DNA of 64,000 nucleotides from the NCBI RefSeq assembly GCF_023055435.1, contig NW_025964223.1, forward strand, positions 44,516,001 to 44,580,000, in the 5' to 3' direction. The DNA is from Haliotis rufescens (Eukaryota). The notes beneath the pieces were generated by a model that did not search any database, was not told the DNA's origin, and saw only the letters and a list, made by a program, of their open reading frames with translations. Below, one piece after another: positions 54,283-64,000 of this stretch (the first letter of the stretch is position 1; the number at the start of each line of letters is the position of its first letter). The translations under genes were made by a program, and so were the position numbers.

Positions 54283-54428
54283 GTGAGTAAGTGTGGCTTT
54301 AGCGATATTACATCAATATCAAGGCGGGGGACATCAGAATTGGGCTTCATATATTTCATCGATGTGGGGAATCGAACCCAGACCTTCGGCGTGAGGAGCG
54401 AACACTTTAACCATCTGGCTATGCCAGG
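54283..54428 (-). mobile_element. Short tRNA-derived SINE (family 3)
   Basis: GGGGAATCGAACCC (B-box reverse) and GTGAGT tail. Confidence 0.75.
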
Positions 54429-54600
54429 CTCCAATGTCTCATCATTCTGTACCTATGTATTTATGTATTGCAACAACATGACTGGTTCACCATGACATAA
54501 TGTTGTAAGGTTACATTGGTTTAGTTCCCACTATCCGTCATCGGGAGGTCAGATTTTGTGACTTTGTTGGAATATTGCGGCTTTTAACACTCATTTACTC

Positions 54601-54694
54601 GATCAATACTAAACAGACCCATTTTAGACTTTAAGACGCATTGGTAAAGACAATACTACAATGGGTCTAAAATGGGTCTGTTTAGAATTGATCT
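54601..54694. mobile_element. Small inverted-repeat element
   Basis: GATCAATACTAAACAGACCCATTTTAGAC / GTCTAAAATGGGTCTGTTTAGAATTGATC. Confidence 0.6.
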
Positions 54695-54740
54695 AGTGAA
54701 TGAGTGTTGTTCAAAGCGCAGTCAGCAATATTCCAACAAT

Positions 54741-54882
54741 NNNNNNNNNNNNNNNNNNNNNNNNNNNNNNNNNNNNNNNNNNNNNNNNNNNNNNNNNNNN
54801 NNNNNNNNNNNNNNNNNNNNNNNNNNNNNNNNNNNNNNNNNNNNNNNNNNNNNNNNNNNNNNNNNNNNNNNNNNNNNNNNNN
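54741..54882. other. Assembly gap
   Basis: N run. Confidence 1.
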
Positions 54883-55560
54883 GGCCTCGTATGCCCAGTT
54901 TCAACGCTGTCCTACTCCCTCAAGACTGCTCGAGTTACTCCCCTTGCTGTGGTACATATTTATGCAAAGCAATGTATAGATTTTGTGTATTCACTGAATT
55001 ATGATCATTACAAAATCGCTATTTTATGCAATATTTTGCCGTATGTTCTTGCCACACAACGTCACATTCGCAAGACTCAGTGACAAACTTCTCACTCCGC
55101 TTGGAGTTGAATGCAAGACTAAGTCTAAACCTGAACAAGTGTTTAATGAATTTAATTGTGACCCTTTCCTTAACAATTATGCATTATTTTGTAAATGAAA
55201 TGTGACGTTTGTACAAATATGTCTTAAAACCGAAATTTGGCGTTTTAAACTGTGTACATATATGTATATATAACTTCATTCACATCAATCAACTGTAACA
55301 TGAGAGACATGGGTGGCACAAGCATGTTGATAGTGAGTGAGTGAGTGAGTGAGTTGCGTTTAGCGCCTCTTTTTAAAGTATTCCAGTTATATCGCGGCGT
55401 GTCAGCTTTATGTTGGAGGAAAGCCCGAAGTGATGCAGGTCTTCGACGTTTACCACTTCGGTGAAACCCTCGAGCATGGGTATGGTGCTGACATCCCTAG
55501 AAACATAATCGGGGCGAACCGGGATTCGAACCCACTCTTACATTGCACATCCTTATTTAC

Positions 55561-55826
55561 CCCGTGAAGATCCGGGGGAGAATAGGTCTTCAGCAACCCA
55601 TGCTTGCCGTAAAAGGCGACTATCCTTGTCGTATGAGGCGACTAACGGGATCGGATGGTCAGGCTCGCTGACCTGGTTGATGCATGTCATCGTATCCCAT
55701 AGCGTGGATCGATGCCCATGATGTCAATCACTGGATTGTCTGGTCCAGACTCCATTATTTACAGATCGCCGTCATATAGCTGGAATATTGCTGAGTGCGG
55801 CGTTAAACAACAAACAAACAAACAAA
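55561..55826 (+). mobile_element. Nin-type SINE (family 2), most complete copy
   Basis: CCCATGCTTGCCGTAAAAGGCGACT core (resembles the Nin domain) and (AAAC)n tail; imperfect TSD ACATCCTTATTT/ACATTCTCATTT. Confidence 0.8.
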
Positions 55827-57292
55827 AACATTCTCATTTTCTTCCAAATAACGACGAACCATTCACTTACATTTAAAAACATTAACTCTGAACGAAGATG
55901 TTAAATGTTCTCAGATTCAATAACAGTCATTTCAGGCTAATCTGGCCTCCGCGTGTGCTAGTATTTATTTTATATATGCTATTGTAATCAGCGAATCTCA
56001 TGCATCAAGTGGACAGTTGTCATTATGCGTGTGAATGTATGTCACTTGATGCTAAAAACCTATCACCTGTACGAACAAGGGGAAAGCATGGCGATTAGAA
56101 TAGTTTGATGAAGGCTGGGATTGTGTTTATTGCAAATTGTACAATTTACAAAACTCCGTACAACTGGCCTTTGAAATAAAATCATATGTGAACTTGGTAC
56201 CTTGGTTCATCCAACAAGAGGGGTCGTCTCAATCCTGAAAGGAAAACACATGCACTATAAACCTCCATGCATCATAAAATGATCTAGTTAAGAAAGGGTC
56301 CATCTGCCTATTACTGAGTTGACCGAGGGGGACATCGCTTTTTCAACATTAATTACGGCCAAGAGAAAGCGATGAAGCGTATATAAGAGACTAGAAAAAG
56401 ATACCACGAGAAGAGAAAGCATATTGTGTATCGCTTTCTTGTCTGGTGTTATCGCTTTATCGCTTTCACGCATCCGTAATGAGGTCGATAAAACGACGCC
56501 CCACTCAGCCTCCAAATATTGCACATTATCCAACAATGTGTGACGTTGATCCAAATATCAGTCACTGATTTTCCTGGTTCAGACTAACCTATATTCAGGC
56601 CATCGTCATTTCGTCGAAATATTGCTGAGCGCTGCGTTAAACAAAAAAACCCACGAAACATATAACTTAGGAATATACATCTGTTAAATGTGCGTTATAT
56701 AGCGACAGACAGCTACTGCAGATACAACATACTATACTTTATTACCATCGGGGTAAAGAGGCTTGCATATAATTAATCCGTATGTAACACTTGTGTCGCA
56801 TATATAAGGTTCGCCTCGTTATATTTGTTTTTATACCTGTGACCTCGCTGAGGTCACGCGTGAAAGGTCACCCTAGAACTTCTTTTTCTTTCAAAACAAA
56901 TAACGAGACTATTTCGAAGATAAAGAAATAAGGTCTTCACATGCATCACATTTTGTTTCAATTCAGTATTCACCTGATGATGGAGTAAACATGCACTCCC
57001 AAAAGTTGTGTTCCTCATAATATAGTAATTGACATCCATAAATTATCTTCCTTATGTGTATCACTTCTAAATGTCATTCAAAGATTTCATTCTGTGTTAG
57101 ATATGCACAGAACTACTACAGACATTATGATTTCTGTCTATCCATTTGTCATGTAACATATATACCGATAGATCAGTGTCCATGTGAGCGCGATGCACCC
57201 GACCACTTTCGCGACTTTCAATTTGATATAATGTAAAAAGTTCGGTGTGGCGAAAAGATGTCTGTTTAAGATGTTTAGACCGATATCTAGAT

Positions 57293-59110
57293 TTACAGGA
57301 TGTCAGGCTGTTCTCTGAGCATCTCCTTCGAAGCGTATTTAGTGGCCCTGTAAGACTGAACGTACACGGCTACACGATCATATCACTAAAATTGAACATT
57401 TATAACACACATCATACGAAAACTCCATGAACGTAGCCCGAAACACCACAAAGGTGAACAATAACATTGAATATTGATGTCTGGCGTGAAATGGTATAGA
57501 TGGTGATTATCTGATGATCATTTATGATGGCGACCCTGCCCTTCGTTTCAAGTTGCCAATGACACACATGCAAGTTATACAGTTAACATGAAAGCATTCT
57601 GATATTACATTTTTCCATTTTCCCAATATAGTAAAATACTCATGAACTTGCTTTATATCTTACCTCGCTTCCTATGCCAGATACGACAGGAAGTCCTTTA
57701 ATTTGTTTCGTAGCAAATGGTATCTTAGTTGATAAACGGAAATGAGTATAGTATACTCTATGTACATACGCCTTCTCGCATATGAAGTTGGCAGATAAGT
57801 TGCATCCGTAATCATCCCATGTGTAGCCTTTCGGTGCCCAGAGAGTTACACAGTTAGAATTTGGCTCATTGCGACCAGGTTGCCCTGGTGACCAGTCTGT
57901 GAAGGAAACAGGTTCTCCCTGGGGAGTCCATTGCCAGGAACCAATCATGTCGCTCAAACCTATCCAAGATGTCAAGGAGGCTCCAGTTTCTGGCATGACA
58001 AATAAGAACATAATCAACTTGGTGCGTTTACACTACCAGTTATCAGATCACAAGCGTTATTCTGTTTCTCCACTTAGTATTACCGACGTGTATTTGGATA
58101 TTATAAATGGTTACTCTGTATTGTTTTTTTGCAGACATATGAGTATATATGTATTACTTGTAAACTTCTTCAAGTAGTTTTTGATGAAGTCGTTTTCGGC
58201 CTTTGTTTCAATATGTATCAGGTGTGCTCCGTAAATACCACAGTCGGTCTATCAAAACAACACCAGAAGGCTTTGTTAACTTGACGAAACAACTATATGG
58301 TTAAGATCAGATTATGTAAATTGATTATATAAACAATTGGATTTTCAACAGAGACAGAGACAGAGAAAGTATGGAGTGTAAAGTAAAAATTGTAAATCAG
58401 TTAACAAAAATGCTCGTAGTACTTCACATAACCGAATAGTAATTTAAACCTCTTCATTTGAAAGATAAAAATTATGAACGTGTTGGAAGCAATAACAATA
58501 CGAACTGATGCTTCAGTCCAGTCCCTCTGTGATGTGATGATGGTGTAACAGGAGCCACCATACTGCATCCACCCATCTGGACAGCATGCCGCCGCTGCTG
58601 TAGTAGACTAAGTAATAGATATAAGGCATACTTTGAAAAAGAAATAATCATCATTATGTCATCAACTTCCGGAGCTCAATGCTATATGTAGATGTACGAG
58701 GGGCGTTCAATAAGTTTTGCAACTTCAATATAAGACTAAGTCACAGAATATCTATTGCACTTTTATTTTTCAATATAATCTTCATTCACCTCAATACCCT
58801 TATTCCATTTGTCCTTCAAGCTTTTAATACCACGTTTATAGAAATCCGCAGATTGGCCCACTTACCACGCCTCTGTGACAGCCTTTATATTATGTTCTCG
58901 TCATCCTGGAAACGTCGCTCTTCCACGTAGGGCAGATTTCATTTGCCGGAACAGCAAATAGTCTCGCCCACCCTACACTCACCCTCCCTTTCTAAAAGCG
59001 GCGTAAAACCATACTCACTCACTCATTCTTACCATGATAAAAAATCCGTAGCGCACAGCACTATACTAACCTGTATGCCAAATTGAGAGCAACAAAATCA
59101 CTGTAATCAT
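57293..59110 (-). CDS. Gene G: secreted perlucin-like C-type lectin (QPG..EPN/WDD)
   Basis: Exons 59110-59071 (signal MITVILLLSIWHT), 58597-58506 (CPDGWMQYGGSCY), 58248-58158 (DCGIYGAHLIHIETKAENDFI), 57989-57770 (WIGLSD...WSPGQPGRNEPNSNC...WDDYGC...FICEK), probable last exon 57347-57293 (ATKYASKEMLREQPDIL*). Confidence 0.9.
58695..58925 (-). mobile_element. mariner 3' end remnant in gene G intron 1
   Basis: TIR TACGAGGGGCGTTCAATAAGT; minus strand reads FYKRGIKSLKDKWNKGIEVNEDYIEK (mariner C-terminus). Confidence 0.8.
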
Positions 59111-59548
59111 ACTTAGGATGCCCTCCTCGCTTGTTGACTCACGCCTGGAAGAAGCCGGTTTAAATAGTATCTCTTGCAGTGTGAAGTGGCATATGATGGG
59201 CCTCAAAATTAGAAAGATTACACCCAGATGTTGGCCTGGTGTCTAGTCTGTGAATGATAAAGATTTATGCACGGAAGGCCGAGGAAGAGCATACAGCGTG
59301 ACACAACTACCTTGCTAGAGCAATACATGTTTATACTATTGAGAGATATGTTTTCAAGAAAATGTTTTGACAATAACATTTAACGTGGATTGCCTTCTCA
59401 TGATAAAAATGTGTGGCACGATTGTTTGACACTGTCCTTCGTGTATGTCATACTGTTAATATTTAGCCTCCTTAACAACATAGATTTAGATCATGAGAAC
59501 ATTCACAACTAAACACATTGATCTACACTACTGCCTAGAAGTTCATTC

Positions 59549-59692
59549 CCCTTACACGCATGGGCAACGCGTTACGCAACCAGTGTGCATCGGGTTGGTC
59601 ACGCGTGTGATACCCGTGTGCAACGCGTTGCACACGGGTGTGCACCCCGTCCGCCACTCGTGTGCAACGCGTGACACACTCATTAGAGGGGG
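59549..59692. repeat. GC-rich palindromic element upstream of gene G
   Basis: Perfect 28 bp palindrome ACCCGTGTGCAACGCGTTGCACACGGGT at 59612-59639 plus repeated GTGTGCA/ACGCGT motifs. Confidence 0.75.
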
Positions 59693-62340
59693 AACAAACT
59701 TTTGACCAAAGGAGGACCCGTCTTAAGCTGAACCTGGAGGTGGTAACAAGGAGAGAAAATTTTGTTATCCTGACGAAAAATGATAATACACATGTATTTG
59801 CTAATGTCTCCTTTCTTTATGTGATTTTGTGGGAATAACATGAATACTGTTGTGTTTAAATAGATCTGTCTTGTTTTATACGACCATTGCTTCTAAATCC
59901 GATGGTGTTAAGAGAATACATGGTCCTGGAACATGTTATTGCAATTGAAATGCTTTTATTGTGATTTGACATTAACCGTCTGTAGTACGACTTTCAGTGA
60001 AAATATGTATGAGGTTTGGCGGCGCATTGTTTTTATTGGACCCTAATTACTTTATGATGACTTGGACTCTTTATCTCAGCTCCATAGCCGTGAGGCTGGG
60101 AAAGAGCAGCATGTAATTAATGAGGGTGGGTTATATCATTGAGGATACACTTGAGGGAGAGAATACTAATTACCGTACTACAGGAAGAGACCTGTAGACG
60201 TAATCGCGGGGTTGTGTTTTAGCTGGCCGTTCGATAATGGCCGCCAGGAGAAGTGAGCTTTGACTGCGTCATCTAAAATAAATAGTAAGAAACAGCAGTG
60301 TTATTTTCACGGGTCTGTTGAATAAACTCCCAGCGCTACGGTCAATGTATCTTCTACTTGATCCTTGATACATCATTTTGGCATTCACAATATATAGTAA
60401 TTCAACGTACAAAGGAGCACTGATCTAAAGCAATTCCGCGGGAGTAGTTGTTACCTGTGCATTACTGTATTTTCCCAGTGAGTACCCGGATGATATAGCA
60501 GAAATCTAGACTTGTTCGCGACCTGTGCTCGCCATTCGTAAGCGCATTTTTATTGAAAGTAGAAGGACGTATGGTCACATTGATCAACAAAAATGAAATA
60601 CCTATGAAATGTAGGTATATTTGTGGGGAGCATCGGTAATAGTGATGCAGTTTTGGTAAGTCACTTGCTTGGTAATTGTGCGATCTTTGTGTACACTATT
60701 TTGACTTGCAACACAAAGTAAATATTTCATCTGAACATTGCTTATTTTACCGTGTGTATATGTTTACATTCAAAATGCATCACATAAATCACATAAATAT
60801 TGTGATGTGTTTAAGCTCTTTTGATCGTCTTTATCATTTTTAATCTGTCGGTTAAATAAATGAATGGATTATTCAGTCAATTTGTAAAATGACTGAAATA
60901 TTTAGATATTTAATAAATTGCCTGAGTGAATCGTATTTTACACATTGACTGTAACATATACACGCTTACAAAAGAAAATACTTGTGAAAACAACGTCTAT
61001 CGCGCATCGAAAAACTTCCCAACCAAACGGAAAGGAACAAGAATGATTCTGTTCAAAGCTGCAGCGAATGAATGAAAACAAAATGCAAATATAATGATTA
61101 CAACCTACCAAAGTTATAATGTATCCGGGAATATCAACATAAAGGAACAATACCCATTGCGTCTGCAGCTGTACAAAAATACTTATTCGATGTCAAATGT
61201 CTATGTGAGAATCAAATACTTTAATAATAATTATTTGGAAACAATATTTGGAATATATATGAAATATATTAAAATATTTAAATATATCGTTTTAAACGTT
61301 ATTTAAATGTATCGAATATTATAACCCGTGTTTGTTTCTTAACTGATCACTTAGTTTGTTTCAATTGTTTCACATAGCTGCCAAGTTAGCTGAGAAAGCC
61401 CACGTGACAACTATTTTTATAATGTACTCGGTTCTTAAAAACATACATTGAGTTAGATAACAATGAACAACCAGTCAGTGTATTATCGGTTACCCTTTGA
61501 ACAAAGTATGTTGTTTTTACATCTGTACTTCACGCCATGATATGAGTGTATTGCCTAGGTTTAGTAAACCTACCTTCACATGTAAACACTTACTTTTGAC
61601 ATATCCACTGTGCAAGATAACAATAATTAATCAATCAACGTATTTCCTGTTGATCCTTTGATGTCTGGGAATGATCAGTTGATTTACAAAAAAAGTAAAG
61701 CAACTGACCATACATTTCTTGCTGGGCTGCCACGTGCGTATCACATAACTCACATTCCACCTCACTTCAAACCTGGATTTAGATTGAATAATTACCCCAG
61801 GTACAAGAAAGACCAAATTTGAACCTTTATAATCTGAGTGGTGCTACAACTAAGTATACATGTTATAAATTCATTAACTGAGCAGCAAGTGAATTACGAC
61901 AAATACACAAGTGTAGGGTTATACCAGAAAATGTGGATGACAACAAGGGAGTAGTAATTGTATCATCCACGCAATCCGAAATCCGCAAATGCTTTCACTC
62001 AGGGATACTTTTTTATTATTAAACTGTAACCATCAGGGGTATTTCCAAATAACGACATCCGATGAGCTTTCGCCGTTATTTGTCTGTTTGTTTAGGCTGA
62101 AGAAATTAATTACCATGCTCCCTTTGTTGAAATCTTCATAGATCACGGGTAACCAATCAGTTTTCAAAAATGCGTAAGCTTATTTAGCTGTCCTTGCAGA
62201 CTGGTAGCCCAGTCTCTTGTTACACTCGGTTGCGTTAACGAGCAAATTGACTCACGGCAGCTAGAAAGCCCAAGCGGAAATCCAAAGGTCGTATTACCTG
62301 AAGAATCAACCTTCCTTTGCGAAATATCTACTGCTCTCAA

Positions 62341-62740
62341 AATTAAAGTCAGAACTTTCCAACCAAGGATTACCAGTTGAAACAGGTCGATGGCTGAACA
62401 TTCCCAGGGAAGACAGCCAGTGTCCACTCTGTGAATCTATCGCTATGGGAGATGAATTGCATTATTTATTCCAATGTGAAGCTTTTCACCAACGGCGATA
62501 TGAACTCTTAAATAAGCAATATCTTAAGTTTCCAAACATTTAAGAAAATTATGACCACTAACAGTGTAAGAAATCTAAAAGGCCTATCTAAATTCCTTAA
62601 CAATGTGTACAATACAATTGGTAAATTGTATTGGTATCCACGTATCCTATTTTTATTATTTTTGTTAAATTGTACATAATAAAAATTGTAGATAATTGTA
62701 TGTCATGTTATTCTAAGAATAAATGAGTTTGAGTTTGAGT
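62341..62740 (+). mobile_element. LINE 3' end remnant (same family as 569-990)
   Basis: RLPVETGRWLNIPREDSQCPLCESIAMGDELHYLFQC; AATAAATGAGTTTGAGTTTGAG tail. Confidence 0.8.
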
Positions 62741-62829
62741 CCGACACCCGAGAAGAAGCCAGAGATTAGTGCCCCTTTTTGAATAGTTTACAATCATGTG
62801 TTTTAGGGTTAGCTGTGTTGGCTTAAACG

Positions 62830-63655
62830 TATTTTTATTTCAAAAGAAATCTGGATCGGTAAACAAGCAAAACTTGCTTATGTAATACCACTCCAGGTAA
62901 CAACTTAACAACAGCTGGATATATATAAGAGAGTGATGAACATAAACATACAAAATGCACAAATGAAATACACGAAGCCAATACACTGAAGCAAGTGGTG
63001 TCTGTGAAATAAGGTAATGCAGTTTTCCTTTACTACATGCATAAAATTAAGCTACTCAAACCTTTTGCTTTTGACAATGGTGTCGTAAACTGATTTAAGA
63101 AGAGTCATGTTTGTAGAACTGCTTAACTACTGCCACGTAATATCATTTTTAGACCATACCCATGTGTGTAGAAATACACAGTGTTTCTGATATTATCGTA
63201 TTTTTGACAGTTATAGAAAAAGTGAATTGCATCTTCAAGGTGATATCCATAAGTGCAGTCACGTATGTCTGATACATGTCGTCTAAACTTATCAGCGTTT
63301 AAGTCACTGCAGCCGAGCCTAAGGCGACAGTGGACAATTTGGCATGATCCATGAAAATATTTGAAGTCAAAATTATTAGTAATTGCATCAGAACGATTAA
63401 TTAATGATTTGATTTCTTTTAACGAGCGAGCATTAGTTACTTCATCGGATAGAGGGTTCCGCAGGTTGATCATATCCAGAAGAAATTATTATTCTAAGCA
63501 TAGGTCTGTGTTCTACATTTGATTGTTTGTATGTTGAATCTATTTCTAAGGTTATATTTGCTGTTATCAGAGAATTGAATATACACTTTTCAAATATTTT
63601 GGCTGAGCAACTTGTGAGTGCTACAGGTCTATAATTTGAGCATTCATGTTCATCG
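62830..63655 (-). mobile_element. Internally deleted CR1/L2-group LINE
   Basis: RT N-terminal motif CSNYRPVALTSCSAKIFEK (~63590-63645) lies close to the C-terminal HCRLRLGCSDLN...EDAIHFFYNC (ORF 63123-63473), so most of RT is missing. Confidence 0.8.
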
Positions 63656-64000
63656 CTGACACTGACACCGACACCGCATCAGCCCGGCAGTGGACTTGAC
63701 ACAGTTATTTGCGCACCGATTATATAACTCCTACAGACAGGGTGGGGTGGTTGTTTAAAGCGAAACGGACGACCCCGTCTGTTATCTAATAAATGCTGTG
63801 CGGCGCCTTTGATCTTGCCTCAAAACATACACCTTATAGTAGTAAACGACGATCAGGATGGCCTGGAAATAAACACAATTCTGTCTGCCCAGTGTATCCA
63901 CAATTAACTAGAATGCTTCATATCCACAAATATATATATAGAAAATAGATATTTGCCCACAGCAAATATTCATTTGCTTAATTGCATCAGTATGGTTTAT

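Noticed and set aside
569-62740. Inverted LINE copies at the window ends as borders of one large element
   Set aside because: Both are diverged 5'-truncated copies of a common family; no TSD or other evidence links them.

Overview
AT-rich, intron-containing animal DNA, not prokaryotic. It is most likely a gastropod mollusc such as abalone (inferred from perlucin-like C-type lectins and tRNA/Nin-type SINEs with (ACTC)n or (AAAC)n tails). Most entries in the supplied ORF track are spurious, so I rebuilt spliced models by hand from splice sites, phase continuity and paralog comparison. The window is a dense cluster of secreted and cell-surface recognition genes: (A) a disrupted Tyr-motif receptor (-, 1.2-4.0 kb); (B) a secreted protein with two 12-Cys LU/three-finger-like domains, a ShKT domain and a His/Thr mucin (+, 5.2-9.5 kb); (E, F, G) three perlucin-like C-type lectins; (H) a type I receptor with a divergent SUEL-lectin-like ectodomain and an ITIM/ITAM-like Tyr-rich tail (+, 21.8-24.1 kb); (C, D) two paralogous type I membrane proteins built on an 8-Cys, possibly CUB-like domain. 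Gene C carries three near-identical copies of that domain from a ~4.96 kb intragenic tandem triplication, plus a 13x15-aa acidic Ser stalk; gene D has one copy. Between the genes are SINEs, LINE and Tc1/mariner remnants, MITEs, Penelope-type hammerhead-like motifs, mini/microsatellites and three assembly gaps. No rRNA, true tRNA or CRISPR was seen.
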